Positions 39,301 through 49,775 of a DNA stretch of 64,000 nt are shown one piece after another. The DNA lies in NCBI GenBank assembly GCA_031364845.1, contig JANLWX010000007.1:87395-151394 (forward strand), in the 5' to 3' direction. The position numbers and the translations under genes were made by a program. The notes under the pieces are model-generated. The model did not search any database. It worked only from the letters and a program-made list of their open reading frames with translations, and was not told the origin of the DNA. Positions within the stretch are counted from its first letter, which is position 1. Each line of letters opens with the position of its first letter. This DNA is from Candidatus Eiseniibacteriota bacterium (lineage in GTDB: Bacteria; Eisenbacteria; RBG-16-71-46).

Positions 39301-39881
39301 ACCGGATCGTCGAAGCGCACGCCCTTCACATTGGTGGTGTCCATGAAGCGCGGCACGGCCGGCGTGCAGATTCCGATCAGGCCGATCCGCAGCGGGCCCG
39401 CCACCTTCACGATCGACGGCACCAGCAGCGAGCGCCCATCGCGCGATCGCACGACGTTCGCACCGAGCCAGGGGAATCGCGACGTCTTGCGCGCGCGCTC
39501 GAGCATGTTCCAGCCGTAATCGAATTCGTGATTGCCGGCCACCATCGCGTCGTATCCGAGCGCGTTCATGGCCGTGATCATCGGATCGGGCCGCCGCTGC
39601 GGTCCCATGCGATACGCGGCCTCGACGCCGCCTTCGATCGCATCGCCCGCATCGACCAGAATCGTCGGAGCTTCACCCGCGCGCGCCGCGCGGATCAGCG
39701 TGGCGAGTTTCACGAGCCCGCGGTTGGATGGCTTGCCGACGGCGTAGTCCCACGACGTGAGTGCGCCGTGCAGATCGGTGGTGTGGAGCAGAGAGACTTT
39801 GGCCTGTTCGGCGGCGGTCGCGGGCAGCGCGAGGGCGAACGTGATCAGCGAGATCAGCGAGGCGTAACGGAGAGTGCGCAT
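36369..39881 (-). CDS. tandem 2',3'-cyclic-nucleotide phosphodiesterase / 5'-nucleotidase
   Basis: Signal peptide; two metallophosphoesterase modules (TTDLHG and TTDFHG, GNHEFD twice, GHSH twice), each with a 5'-nucleotidase C-domain. Confidence 0.9.
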   Translation of the reverse strand: MRTLRYASLISLITFALALPATAAEQAKVSLLHTTDLHGALTSWDYAVGKPSNRGLVKLATLIRAARAGEAPTILVDAGDAIEGGVEAAYRMGPQRRPDPMITAMNALGYDAMVAGNHEFDYGWNMLERARKTSRFPWLGANVVRSRDGRSLLVPSIVKVAGPLRIGLIGICTPAVPRFMDTTNVKGVRFDDPVVAARQEADRLRTQERCDAVVLVAHTGLERDPVTGIERRGDTPDENWGHRLATQVPGIDVLVLGHSHAVIPFARIQGVLVTQAGKNGEQLGRVELTFTRETPDSPWRISQNRGYMAAVTDTVSDDPALSALAKPWHDEALALLAQEVGLTSADLDAPRGRLANGSLWELIHRAQLAASGADVSLAALPDPATRIAAGRVTRGDLLRVYPYANSLGVVEMTGSELREALEQSARAFTEYRYAAGTPLFDPAFPGYNFDTASGVEYAIDLTRPAGERILDLKFRGVAVEPAQRFKVVVNSYRMNGGGGFDAVRRARRLRSIGLTVREAMARQIASAGTYEGAAPNAWSLRPDHATSAERPLIDLLVRRDVMTPESVRGLRADAPALGIEVEEWIARAYGWRSDSTADRADASQNWAAATRRAGISVRDPVTRDAIAEACTQAALRSHYAGLESAPGVSKDEAIASFRRALLTGVSTIGPAPTRAQALGMIANARFPTLRVLETTDFHGAILPGAPRNNRSSGGSVVLAAWVEKLRAENPEGTVLIDGGDMFQGTMISNLQFGRPVAAQMNALGYAAAAVGNHEFDWGPDTLVQRTREMNFAVLSANMRERKTGRLPDWVRSDTSFTRRGARVGVVGLSYRYTPSVTLSKYVAHLQFIDDSTAAAEVVPRLRPLSDVVLGVGHVPSESDSNRKSRGGDLNRVARVPGFDAVFGGHSHNLVLDEVDGIPIAIAGSHGGTIAVCDLVTDPVTRSVIERRCDLRTTYADEVTADPAVQARVAMWNAAVAPIADQRLGTNVRRLTRNRGGESTLGNFVTDAIRAASGVDVAMQNSGGLRADLAEGPVTKGTVYEVMPFDNRVFTLEITGADVKTALEQGLRGERVTQVSGIRYSFDLTAPAGERVVSLTLADGKPLDPQRLYKVACNDFMATGGDDYSVLSGGRNRLETDARVRDAIEQFVIKLTKDGKQIDYAPEKRIEKAGR

Positions 39882-40048
39882 ATTAAGGAAGGAACGCTAG
39901 CACCGGCGCGAAACCAGCGTCAATAATTCGGGTGGAGATTTGCGGCGGTCCGGTGTCCCGCGCTTCGTGGCCTGGCGACCGCGCGAATGTCCGCGTTTCG
40001 CAAGCCCGCGGCTTGCCCGTCACGCACACGTACTCCTAGTATCGCGCC

Positions 40049-40882
40049 GTGAGCGAACTCATCGCGTGCCCCGACTGTGGCCATCGCAATCCTTCCGGAG
40101 CGCGAAGCTGCGAGCACTGCAACTTCCCGCTCGTGCCTCCGCAGCACGCGGATGCCGACGCGCTTCCCGAGCCGGCGCCCGCCGCCACCACGGGACCCGT
40201 TCCGCCGCACGTCGTCGAACCCGAGACGCCGCTTGCGGCACCCGCCCCCGAAGTGGTGCCGCCGGTCGTGCTGCGCCGGCCGACGCCACCGCGCCCGCGC
40301 GGCAACACGCAGATCGTTTCACTTTGGCTGATGTTCGCGGTGGTCGCGGCGATGGCGCTGGTGTGGCTCGCGATCAAGACCAACCTCGACCGGCAGAATG
40401 CGCCGATCGAAGGGGCCAAGCCGGATCAACAGGAGCGCGCCAACGAGATGCGCGCGATCCTCGCCAAGGACTCGACCGACATCGCGGCCCATGTCGGGCT
40501 CGCGGACGTGCTCTACGACTCCGGAAACTGGCCCGAAGCGATCGTTCACTACCGCGCCGCCGTGAGCCGCGATTCGAGTCTGACCACGGCACTGGTCGAT
40601 CTCGGCGTGTGCTACTACAACCTCGGAAAATCCGATGAAGCGGAGCGGCACTTCGAACTCGCGCTCAAGCGCGAGCCGAACCAGCCGATCGCGTTGTTCA
40701 ACCTCGGCATCGTCCATGAGCGTCGCGAAGACTTCGAAGGAGCGCTCCAGTATTTCCATCGCGCGATGCAGAGTGCGCCGCCCGAAACCATGCAGCCCGC
40801 GCTGATGGAGGCGATGCAGCGGTTGCAGGAGAAGACGGGCAAGACGCCGCCGCCGCTGCCGGAAGGCCGCACGACGCCGTAG
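40049..40882 (+). CDS. zinc-ribbon, single-TM, TPR protein
   Basis: CPDC..CEHC, Pro-rich linker, one TM segment, three TPRs. Confidence 0.8.
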   Translation: MSELIACPDCGHRNPSGARSCEHCNFPLVPPQHADADALPEPAPAATTGPVPPHVVEPETPLAAPAPEVVPPVVLRRPTPPRPRGNTQIVSLWLMFAVVAAMALVWLAIKTNLDRQNAPIEGAKPDQQERANEMRAILAKDSTDIAAHVGLADVLYDSGNWPEAIVHYRAAVSRDSSLTTALVDLGVCYYNLGKSDEAERHFELALKREPNQPIALFNLGIVHERREDFEGALQYFHRAMQSAPPETMQPALMEAMQRLQEKTGKTPPPLPEGRTTP

Positions 40883-40896
40883 TCGCCGCGGTTCGT

Positions 40897-41592
40897 TCAA
40901 CTCCGCGAGGGCAGCAACCCCATATCGATCAGCGCCGCGCGTGTGTGTTCCGCGCCGTCGGGATCGCGCAGCGCCCGGCGAATGCAATCGACGACATCGG
41001 CGGGCTCATCGACATCGGACTCCTCGGGCAGCAGCTCGACGGAGAGTCCCGCCGATCGAATGCTCCCGAGCATCGAGTCACCCGCGCGCTCGGTGCTCCA
41101 CGGGATACTGTCGAACAGCGCGGGCAGGCACCGCGCGGCGCCCGGTCCCAGCCCGATCAGATAGAAGCCGCCGTCCTCCGCCGGACCGAGCACCGCGTCG
41201 CGGCGCTCCAGCGCTTCGAACGCGCGATCGATCGCCGCCGCATCGAGCCACGGGCAATCGGACCCGATCACGATCACACGCGCGTCCGGCGCGCCGTGCA
41301 GTGTGGCGAATGCGTGCGCGAGCCGCGCGCCGAGATCGCCGCGCCCCTGATCGAGGACTTCGAAATCGTCCGGCGCCGGGAACGCTTTGCGATCCTCAGG
41401 CGCCCCAGCCCACCACAGCGTGCGCCGCTCGGCGCACGACGCGCACATCGCAGCGAACGCATCGTTCAGCATCGCCACATGCAGCCGATGCGCGAGTGTT
41501 GCCGTAAACGCCGGAGCGAGCCGCGTCTTCGCATGCCCCAACAACGGCCACCGGGCGAACACCGCGGCAATCCGGGCGGCGCGGGGGATCAT
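40897..41592 (-). CDS. TIGR04282/DUF2064 glycosyltransferase-like protein
   Basis: AKTRL, QGRGDLGARL, IGSDCP, VLGPAEDGGFYLIG, IPWST, DVD. Confidence 0.85.
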   Translation of the reverse strand: MIPRAARIAAVFARWPLLGHAKTRLAPAFTATLAHRLHVAMLNDAFAAMCASCAERRTLWWAGAPEDRKAFPAPDDFEVLDQGRGDLGARLAHAFATLHGAPDARVIVIGSDCPWLDAAAIDRAFEALERRDAVLGPAEDGGFYLIGLGPGAARCLPALFDSIPWSTERAGDSMLGSIRSAGLSVELLPEESDVDEPADVVDCIRRALRDPDGAEHTRAALIDMGLLPSRS

Positions 41593-41838
41593 GACAGGAC
41601 CTCGCGATAAGGAAGCACGGGGAATTGCACCACTGCTGAATCTTACGTCGGCCAATCCGATCATGCGTCCGTTCGGCGGGCTCGGCAATCGGGGAGCCGG
41701 ATTTGACGATGCCTCCGACCCGCTCCTAGAGTCCCTGCAAACGTCATGATCGAGGCGCGTTCGAGATGGTGGCGCGCCCCGGGATGCCCGCGTCCGTCGC
41801 GCGTCCCCGACCGGTACTCAACCGAAAGACAGAACCCC

Positions 41839-43257
41839 ATGCCCGAGAATCCTCATTATCAGGTCGTCGTGATCGGAACCGGCCCCGGCGGCTACGTGGC
41901 CGCGATCAAGGCCGCGCAGCTCGGCTTGAAGACCGCCGTCATCGAGAAGGACGAACTCGGCGGCACCTGTCTCAACTGGGGCTGCATTCCGACCAAGGCA
42001 TGGATCGTCACCGCCCATCTCTATGAGCAGATCAAGCGGGCGAAGGAGTACGGCATCGACGTCGGCGAGCCGACGATCAACTGGCCGTTGCTGGTCGAAC
42101 GCAAGAACAAGGTCGTGAAGCAGCTCACCGGTGGTGTGAAGACGCTGCTGGCCGGGCGCTCGGTCGACATCATCAAAGGCACCGCCAAGCTGGTGGCGGC
42201 CAACCGCATCGCCGTGACCGCGGGCGGCAAGACCTCGGAAGTCACCTGCGACAACGTGATCCTCGCGACCGGCGCCTACGCGTCGATGCCGCCCGGATTC
42301 ACGCTCGATGGCGAGCGCGTGATCGGCAGCAAGGAAGCGCTCGACTTGAAGAAGCAGCCCAAGCGGGTCGCGGTGCTGGGCGGCGGCGTGGTCGGCACCG
42401 AGTTCGCGTGCTTCTTCGCCGCGATCGGCACGCAGGTCACGCTCATCGAAATGCTGCCGCGGCTGGTTCCGGCCGAGGACGACGAGATCGCGCAGACGCT
42501 CGAGCGCGAGCTGAAGAAGCAGAAGATCGACCTCAACCTCGGCACCAAGGTCGACGGCATGAAGGACGGTGCCAAGGGTTCGGTGATCCTCACGCTGGCC
42601 GGCGGCAAGACGGTCGAAGTCGACACGGTGCTGGTCGCGACCGGCCGGCGGCCTTACACCACCGACCTCGGGCTCGAGGGGATCGGTGTGGCGCGCGGCG
42701 ATCGGGGCAAGATCGCCGTGAACGACAAGCTCCAGACCTCGGTCAAAGGCGTGTGGGCGATCGGCGACGTCACCGACATCAAGCAGCTTGCGCACTTCGC
42801 CTCGGCGCAAGGCAAGGCGGCGGCCGAGCTGATCGCGGGCCATCCGGCGCAGACCAACTGGCGCGCCGTGCCCGCCGCGACCTTCACGAACCCCGAGATC
42901 GCGAGCGTCGGGCTCACCGAGCGCGAGGCGAAGGAGCAGGGGCGGACGGTCAAGATCGGGCGCTTCCCGTTCCGCGCCCACGGCCGCAACATCGCCGACG
43001 GCGAGACCACCGGCTTCGTGAAGATCGTCGGCGACGCCGGGACCGATCAGGTGCTCGGCGCCCACATCATCGGGGCCAAGGCCAGCGAGTTGATCCACGA
43101 GTGCTCGCTCGCGATCGCGGCCGACTTGAACGTGCGCGACCTGGCCCACGCGATCCACGCCCACCCCACCGTCACCGAGGCGCTCGGCGAGGCCGCCGAG
43201 GACGCCGACGGCGTGGCGATCCACCTCATGCGCCAGGAGGCGAAGGCGGTTCGCTGA
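41839..43257 (+). CDS. lpdA: dihydrolipoamide dehydrogenase
   Basis: GTGPGGY, GGTCLNWGCIPTK redox disulfide, HAHPTVTE. Confidence 0.93.
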   Translation: MPENPHYQVVVIGTGPGGYVAAIKAAQLGLKTAVIEKDELGGTCLNWGCIPTKAWIVTAHLYEQIKRAKEYGIDVGEPTINWPLLVERKNKVVKQLTGGVKTLLAGRSVDIIKGTAKLVAANRIAVTAGGKTSEVTCDNVILATGAYASMPPGFTLDGERVIGSKEALDLKKQPKRVAVLGGGVVGTEFACFFAAIGTQVTLIEMLPRLVPAEDDEIAQTLERELKKQKIDLNLGTKVDGMKDGAKGSVILTLAGGKTVEVDTVLVATGRRPYTTDLGLEGIGVARGDRGKIAVNDKLQTSVKGVWAIGDVTDIKQLAHFASAQGKAAAELIAGHPAQTNWRAVPAATFTNPEIASVGLTEREAKEQGRTVKIGRFPFRAHGRNIADGETTGFVKIVGDAGTDQVLGAHIIGAKASELIHECSLAIAADLNVRDLAHAIHAHPTVTEALGEAAEDADGVAIHLMRQEAKAVR

Positions 43258-43572
43258 TCTCCGGAACCGCATTCAGGGTCACGACTTCAGGGAGCCACGC
43301 TGTCCGCTTTCGGGCACGCGGAACTCCAGGACCTCCGCCGCGCTCGTGTCCCGTCGAGCGGCTCCCGGCGGCCATGACAAGAAACCCCAAAATAGTGGTG
43401 CCTCGTGCCGGGACGTTCTGCGATAATCGGGCCTCGTTCCAGCCTTACCCGATCGCGGCACAGCGCCCCCTTGCCGGGCCCGTCGGCTCTTGCGTTGTAA
43501 CTTCTTGTCTCCCAAGATGTTTCTGGCCATTTGGTCGAGACATCCCGATGGCTTCTTCGTTCTGGAGGACGA

Positions 43573-46500
43573 ATGATCGTGCGCCCGACAGTTCCCGCAC
43601 GCGCTCCACTGATGGTGTGGACAGCGCTTGCACTGACCCTGGCAGCGTCCGCATGGGCGGCCGCCCCTGCCGGCCGCTCGCTGAGCGCCAAACTCATTGG
43701 GCCCGATGAAGGTGTCGTCGCGTCCGAGCTCGGTCTGCGCTTTGCGTGGACGCCGCCTGCCGGCGCGCGCCGCAATGTGCTGGTCGCCTCGAAGACGCCG
43801 TTCGACGCACGCAACTGGAACCGGCTGCCCGGAGGCGATGCCTTCCGCGTCGTCGAGCTGGCCAAGCCGTTCGCGGGATTCTCGGACCTCGGCCTCAAGA
43901 TCGAAGGCGAGCAGCCGTTGTACTGGGCGGTCGGAAGCGCGCAGTCGCGTTCGGGGCAGCTGAGCTTCAGCGAAACCCGGACCGTGCGGGTCATTCCGAA
44001 GTTCTCGAACCGCATCACGCCGACCCCTTATCTCGCGGCCTCGCCGATCGGCAAGGCCACGCCGTCCGCCGACGCGGCTCCGCATCGCATCCGCCTCGCG
44101 GCCGGCTACACGATCGATCCGGGGCAGGGCGAACCAGCGCTGCCGATGTCGCTCAAGTCCTCGCCGGCCGGGCGTGAATCCCAGCGCACCGTCCTCATGT
44201 ACTACGGCGATGCCGATCCCGAGCAGGTGCGCCAGCAGATCAACGCGGCGGGCGGAACGATCGTTTCGTACATTCCGGATCACACCTACCTCGTGCGCCA
44301 GAAGAGCGGCGGCATCACGATCGACGCCCCCGGTGTGTGGGTCGGCGCGTATCAGCCGGCGTACAAGCTCGCCGAGGAAATCGATGTGAACTCAGGCCTC
44401 GCGCGTGACGTCACGGTGCTCGCGTTCCTCGATGGCGACATGGCCTCGATCGAAGCCGCCGCGGTCGCCGCGGGCGGAACCGTCGTCAAGCGCTCCAGCA
44501 ATGGCATCAACAAGATCCTGCGCGTGAACCTGCCGGGAACCGCGACCACCGTGCTCGCACAGCATCCCGACATCGCGTGGATCGAGCCGCACATTCAGCC
44601 CCAGCTCGACAACAGCCAGGCGACATGGGTGGTGCAGACCAACGTCGCCAACAACCGACGGCTTTGGGACAAGGGCCTCAAGGGCGAAGGCCAGGTCATC
44701 CACCACTCCGACAGCGGCATCGACATGACCCACGAGATGTTCCGGGACTCGGTCCTGTCGGTGACGGGATACGGCTCCTACCCCACCCACCGCAAGGTGA
44801 TCGCGTACGAAAACGGATCGGATGATCCCGCCGCTGCGTTCGGCGACCACGCGGGAGCATCGTTCCACGGGTCGCACACCTCGGGAACGGCGGCCGGCCA
44901 GGACGTCTACTTCCCGGTCAATGTCAGCGGAGAGGGCCTGTCGAAGTTGGGTCGCATCTGGCACTCGGATCTCGCGGGCCCGACGATGGGATCCGGCCTC
45001 GCACCGTTCGAGGATCTGAACGACCTCTATCAGCCCTCGTTCACCGGCAACGCCGGTGGCGCGGCGCGCATCTCCACGAACTCGTGGGGTTCAGCCGCGG
45101 CGGGTGCGTACACGGTGAACTCGCTGTCGCTTGACCAGTTCATGTGGAATCACCAGGACTACTTGATCTTCTTCTCGAACGGCAATTCCGCCGCCGCGAA
45201 CACGGTCGGCGCGCCGGCGAGTGCGAAGAGCTGCGTCAGTGTCGGCGGTGTGCGTAACGGAACTTCGTCCAACCTTATCTACAGTTCGACCAGTCGCGGT
45301 CCGACGGTCGACGGGCGTCGTAAGCCCACGATCGCGGCCCCCGCTCAGAATCTGACCTCGGCGAATGTGGGCCCGGCCTCCTACGCCGCGCTCGCCGGAA
45401 CCTCGATGGCGTGCCCGGCCGCTGCCGGTGTCGCCGGCCTCATGCGCCAGTACTGCACCGAAGGCTGGTACCCGACCGGCACCAAGGTGCCGGCCAACGG
45501 CTTCACGCCGTCGGCGGCACTGCTCAAGGCGATCGTCGTCAACTCCGGCGTGAATCAGGTCACCGGATTCAACGCGCCCGACATGAACATCGGATACGGC
45601 CGCATCAACGCCGACAGCGTGCTGTACTTCGCGGGCGACAAGCGTCGGCTCCTGATGGTCGATCAGACCGAGGGTCTGGGTCACGGCCAGATGATCGAGT
45701 ACCAGGTCTACGTCCAGAACGACTCGTCGGCGCTCGAAGCGACGCTGGTGTGGACCGACTACCCGGGCAACCCGGCGGCATTCGTTCAGCTCGTCAACAA
45801 CCTCGACCTCACGGTCACCAACGGAATCTCCACCTTCAAGGGCAACATCTACTCGGCCGGCTTCTCGGTCACCGGCGGCGCCTATGACGTGCTGAACGTC
45901 GAAGAAGCCGTGCTGGTCAAGGTCCCCACGCCGGGTCTCTGGACGATCCGCGTCGAGGGCACCAACATTCCCGTCGGACCGCAGCCGTTCGGACTCGTGG
46001 TCACGGGTGGAGTGGGCACCAACGCCGGAGCGGTCACGCTCGATCGCGCGAGCTACGGCTCGACGAGCACCGTTCAGCTCGAGGTCGTCGACACCAACGC
46101 CGGCGGATCGGTCAACGTGACCGTGACGTCTCCGACGGAGCCGGGCGGCGAAGTGGTCACGCTCGCCGGCGCCAACGGCGTCTACAACGGCTCGTTGACG
46201 CTCTCGCCGTACCCCGGCGTGAACAACGACGGCACGCTCCAGGTGGCGAACGGCGACGTGTTCACCGCGACCTACAGCGATGCGAGTCCGGTCGCGAACG
46301 TTGCCCGCACCGCGGTCGTCTCGTTCAATCCGCCGGTGATCACGAACGTGTCCGCCTCGAGCCCGGCGTCGGGCAGTGCGACGGTCGTGTGGACCACCGA
46401 CAAGAACGCGACCTCGCGCGTCTACTACGGCACCACGCCCGCGCGCGGCAGCTCGACCGCGTTCGATGCGACCGCCGTGTTCTCCCACAGCGCGACCATC

Positions 46501-48303
46501 ACCGGTGTGGTCGTGGAGCAGGACTACTACTACGCCGTCGAGTCGCAGGACCTGAACGGCAATGTGACGCTCGACGACAACGGCGGGCAGAACTACCGCT
46601 TCCGGTTCTCGACGCGGCCTCCGAGCGATCTGCTGATCATGTACGGTGGCACCGAATTCGAACGTTTCGGGCGTTATGACGCCGCACTCTCGGAGCTCGG
46701 CTGGCTCTACGATTCGTGGGTCGGCTCGCAGTCCGAGCAGCCCGAACTCGGCAACTTGAGCCAGGGCCTGCGCCACTATGCGGGTGTCTGGTACCAGCCG
46801 GAGCTCGATCTCTACCCGCCGGTTTCGGATTCGGCGCGGGTCGCGATCGACCAGTACTTCGCCGGCGGCGGACGGCTTGCGATGACCGGTCACGACATCA
46901 TCTGGTCGAACTGCGATCCGACGTCTCCTTACTACTCACCCGAGCGTTGCACGTGGACGACCACGACGCTCAAGAGCACGTTCGTCGCCGATCCCGCCGG
47001 CTGGAGCCAGGTGGTGGGCATCGCATCGGATCCGATCAGCGATCCCTACACGCTGGGGGTCTCTTATACGGAGCACCGGTTCGGCGCGGCGGGTGACGAG
47101 ATCGACGTGATTCCCCCGGCCGTGGCGTCGTGGATGAGCAACGACGGATCGCCGGACGAAGCCGGTCTGCGCTGGGAGAGCCCGACGACGGTCGGCAATC
47201 CGGCCGATGCGCGCTGGGGTGGCAAGACCTCGCGTCTCGCCGGAATGTGGTTCGAGTGGTCGGGCATCGACAACGCCGCCGAAGTCTCGAGCGCCACGCG
47301 CACCGAAATCATGCGGCGCACGCTGGTGTGGCTGATGGGCCGCGACAAGCCTTACGTCACGGTCACGGCACCCAACGGCGGCGAAGTCCTCACCGGCAAC
47401 TCGGTCAACATCACGTGGACCGAATCCACCGACGGCACCAACGTCGCGCAGCGCATCGTCGAGTACTCGCTCGACGGCGGGCTCGCGTGGACCGTGCTGT
47501 CCGCGGCGGCGGGACCGAGTCCCTACAACTGGAACCTCACCACGGTGCCGAACACGCTGACCGCCAAGGTGCGCGTGCGTCTGACCGACGATGGCGACCC
47601 GGCACTGAGCGGCGTCGATGTCAGCAACGCCACGTTCAAGATCCAGCGCGCGGGCGGTGATGCGATCGGACCGGTCGTGGTCGCGGGCTCGATCCAGACC
47701 AATCCGAATCCGGTCGTCAACACCGGCACCACGGCGATCGCCGCGACGATCAACGACCTGCTCGCGGGCGGCTCGAACATCCAGAGTGCCGAGTGGAGCG
47801 CGGGTGCGGCTCCGGCAGCGGCGGGCAGCGGCCAGCCGATGTCCGGCACGTTCACCTCGGCGACGGTCAACGTGAGCGCGACGATTCCGGTCGGAGCCTT
47901 CACGCCGGCGACGATCAAGCTGTGGGTGCGCGGTCGCGATGCGGCCGGCAACTGGGGCAATGCCTCCCAGCTGACGGTGGTCGTGAACGGCGACGCGGCG
48001 GTTGCGGTGGAGGGTGCGCTGCCGAAGACGGTCGAGCTCCGTCAGAACGCGCCGAACCCGGTTCAGCGGACCACGAACATCGCCTTCGCGCTGCCGCAGT
48101 CGGCGAAGGTGAAGCTCGACATCTTCGACATCGGCGGCCGCAAGGTGCGCTCGCTCGCGTCGGGATCGCTCGCGGCCGGACGTCACCAGGTGCAGTGGGA
48201 TCGTTCGGACGAGCACGGTCGCATCGTGCAGCCGGGCGTCTACTACACGCGTCTCGAAGTCGATGGCAAGGCGTACCAGCGGAAGATCGTCACCCTGAAC
48301 TGA
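43573..48303 (+). CDS. large secreted S8 subtilase with Ig/FN3-like modules and FlgD-Ig-like C-terminal domain
   Basis: Catalytic SDSG, HGSHTSG, GTSMACP; NSWG; PSAALLKA; C-terminal QNAPNP..IFDIGGRKV..WDR..PGVYY; GGAGG RBS. Confidence 0.9.
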   Translation: MIVRPTVPARAPLMVWTALALTLAASAWAAAPAGRSLSAKLIGPDEGVVASELGLRFAWTPPAGARRNVLVASKTPFDARNWNRLPGGDAFRVVELAKPFAGFSDLGLKIEGEQPLYWAVGSAQSRSGQLSFSETRTVRVIPKFSNRITPTPYLAASPIGKATPSADAAPHRIRLAAGYTIDPGQGEPALPMSLKSSPAGRESQRTVLMYYGDADPEQVRQQINAAGGTIVSYIPDHTYLVRQKSGGITIDAPGVWVGAYQPAYKLAEEIDVNSGLARDVTVLAFLDGDMASIEAAAVAAGGTVVKRSSNGINKILRVNLPGTATTVLAQHPDIAWIEPHIQPQLDNSQATWVVQTNVANNRRLWDKGLKGEGQVIHHSDSGIDMTHEMFRDSVLSVTGYGSYPTHRKVIAYENGSDDPAAAFGDHAGASFHGSHTSGTAAGQDVYFPVNVSGEGLSKLGRIWHSDLAGPTMGSGLAPFEDLNDLYQPSFTGNAGGAARISTNSWGSAAAGAYTVNSLSLDQFMWNHQDYLIFFSNGNSAAANTVGAPASAKSCVSVGGVRNGTSSNLIYSSTSRGPTVDGRRKPTIAAPAQNLTSANVGPASYAALAGTSMACPAAAGVAGLMRQYCTEGWYPTGTKVPANGFTPSAALLKAIVVNSGVNQVTGFNAPDMNIGYGRINADSVLYFAGDKRRLLMVDQTEGLGHGQMIEYQVYVQNDSSALEATLVWTDYPGNPAAFVQLVNNLDLTVTNGISTFKGNIYSAGFSVTGGAYDVLNVEEAVLVKVPTPGLWTIRVEGTNIPVGPQPFGLVVTGGVGTNAGAVTLDRASYGSTSTVQLEVVDTNAGGSVNVTVTSPTEPGGEVVTLAGANGVYNGSLTLSPYPGVNNDGTLQVANGDVFTATYSDASPVANVARTAVVSFNPPVITNVSASSPASGSATVVWTTDKNATSRVYYGTTPARGSSTAFDATAVFSHSATITGVVVEQDYYYAVESQDLNGNVTLDDNGGQNYRFRFSTRPPSDLLIMYGGTEFERFGRYDAALSELGWLYDSWVGSQSEQPELGNLSQGLRHYAGVWYQPELDLYPPVSDSARVAIDQYFAGGGRLAMTGHDIIWSNCDPTSPYYSPERCTWTTTTLKSTFVADPAGWSQVVGIASDPISDPYTLGVSYTEHRFGAAGDEIDVIPPAVASWMSNDGSPDEAGLRWESPTTVGNPADARWGGKTSRLAGMWFEWSGIDNAAEVSSATRTEIMRRTLVWLMGRDKPYVTVTAPNGGEVLTGNSVNITWTESTDGTNVAQRIVEYSLDGGLAWTVLSAAAGPSPYNWNLTTVPNTLTAKVRVRLTDDGDPALSGVDVSNATFKIQRAGGDAIGPVVVAGSIQTNPNPVVNTGTTAIAATINDLLAGGSNIQSAEWSAGAAPAAAGSGQPMSGTFTSATVNVSATIPVGAFTPATIKLWVRGRDAAGNWGNASQLTVVVNGDAAVAVEGALPKTVELRQNAPNPVQRTTNIAFALPQSAKVKLDIFDIGGRKVRSLASGSLAAGRHQVQWDRSDEHGRIVQPGVYYTRLEVDGKAYQRKIVTLN

Positions 48304-48326
48304 CGTCGCATTCAGATAGTGATACG

Positions 48327-48365
48327 AAGGCGGGCGGACCTCACGGTTCGCCCGCCTTTTATTTT
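48327..48365 (+). terminator. intrinsic terminator
   Basis: AAGGCGGGCGGACC/GGTTCGCCCGCCTT stem plus TTATTTT. Confidence 0.85.
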
Positions 48366-48413
48366 CGGCGAACACGCGCCGCGACGTTGAAATCCATTCG
48401 TTGAACCCACACA

Positions 48414-49166
48414 ATGCCGACCATGAACGTCCATGTGAATGCTCGAACCGATATCGGCCTGCGTCGCACCCAGAACGAGGACCATCATGCGTGGTGGGTC
48501 TCCAACGGCGGCGCCCCGTCCGTGCTCGCGGTGCTCGTGGTGGCGGACGGCATGGGCGGTGCCCGCGCGGGCGAAGTCGCGAGCCAGATCACGGCCGACT
48601 CCGTGATGGCCGCCGCTCGTGAACTCGAGCCCGCCGCCACGCCCGACGATCTGCGGAGCATCGTCGAGTCCGCGAACCACACCGTGCACCAGGAGTCTCT
48701 CGCCAATCCCGATCGCCACGGCATGGGCACCACGTGCACCGCGATGATCGTGCGCGGCGGTGAAGCGGTGTTCGCGCACGTCGGCGACAGCCGCGCGTAT
48801 CTCGTGCGCGACGGCGCCATCCGCCAGCTCACGCGCGATCATTCACTGGTGGCCCAGTTGGTCGAGTTCCAGCACCTGACGCCCGAGCAGGCGAAGGTCG
48901 ATCCACGGCGCAATGTCGTGACGAGGAGCCTCGGCGTCGGGCCGACGGTCGATGTCGACACCGGAACGACCGCACTCGAAGACGGCGATACGCTGCTGCT
49001 GTCGTCCGACGGCCTGCACGGACTCGTCGAGGACGACGAGTTGCTGCAGCACGCATTGGATGCCGACCTCGACCGCGCCTGTGGCGCGCTCATCGATCTG
49101 GCGAAGGCGCGCGGCGGTCACGACAACATCACGGTGATTCTCGCGCGCATCACCGGCACCACGTGA
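48414..49166 (+). CDS. PP2C/Stp1 family Ser/Thr phosphatase
   Basis: RRTQNED, VADGMGG, GMGTT, HVGDSRAY, SDGL, GGHDNIT. Confidence 0.93.
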   Translation: MPTMNVHVNARTDIGLRRTQNEDHHAWWVSNGGAPSVLAVLVVADGMGGARAGEVASQITADSVMAAARELEPAATPDDLRSIVESANHTVHQESLANPDRHGMGTTCTAMIVRGGEAVFAHVGDSRAYLVRDGAIRQLTRDHSLVAQLVEFQHLTPEQAKVDPRRNVVTRSLGVGPTVDVDTGTTALEDGDTLLLSSDGLHGLVEDDELLQHALDADLDRACGALIDLAKARGGHDNITVILARITGTT

Positions 49167-49179
49167 CCGGAACTCCGTC

Positions 49180-49656
49180 ATGACGCTCGACTCTCCGCAG
49201 TCAGGCTCCAGGCCCGCGACCGGCACCGCCGCGATTGTGGCGATCCATCTGTTTCCGGGCCCGCGCAGCCGCGGTGAAGCGAAGTCCGTCGAGCGCGCGA
49301 CCGTGCTCGAAGACCGCGGGCTCGAAGGCGACCGTCACGCACGCAAGGGTAGCCATCGCCAGATCCTGTTCGTCGAGTCCGAAGTGCTCGAAGGCCTGGG
49401 GCTCGCCCCGGGCGCGATTCGCGAACAGGTGACGGTGAGCGGCCTGCGGCTTCCGGCGCTCGCGGACGGCGCGCGGTTCCGCGTCGGGGACGCGGTGCTC
49501 GAGGTCGAAGAGTTGTGCGAGCCGTGCGGGCGTATGGACGAGATCCGCCCGGGCTTGAAGGACGTGCTCGGCGAGCAGCGCGGACGCTTCATGAGGGTCG
49601 TCAGCGGCGGGACGTTCGCGGTGGGCGATACGCTGGTGGCCGAAACCCCCGACTGA
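49180..49656 (+). CDS. MOSC domain protein
   Basis: GLEGDRH, RQI, PGAIREQVT, CEPC, GTFAVGD. Confidence 0.85.
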   Translation: MTLDSPQSGSRPATGTAAIVAIHLFPGPRSRGEAKSVERATVLEDRGLEGDRHARKGSHRQILFVESEVLEGLGLAPGAIREQVTVSGLRLPALADGARFRVGDAVLEVEELCEPCGRMDEIRPGLKDVLGEQRGRFMRVVSGGTFAVGDTLVAETPD

Positions 49657-49775
49657 ACGGGCGCGGTCGCAGCGTTGCGCGGGACGCCGTCGGCGCGGTG
49701 GCCTCCGCCTCCATGCGATGCAGCACACGAATTCCGTGACGCAGCGTTCGCTTCCCTGACTCCACGGAGGGAGTT

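Noticed and set aside
40897..41592. Arsenosugar biosynthesis cluster
   Set aside because: Only a lone TIGR04282-like gene; no radical SAM ArsS, ArsM or partner glycosyltransferase nearby
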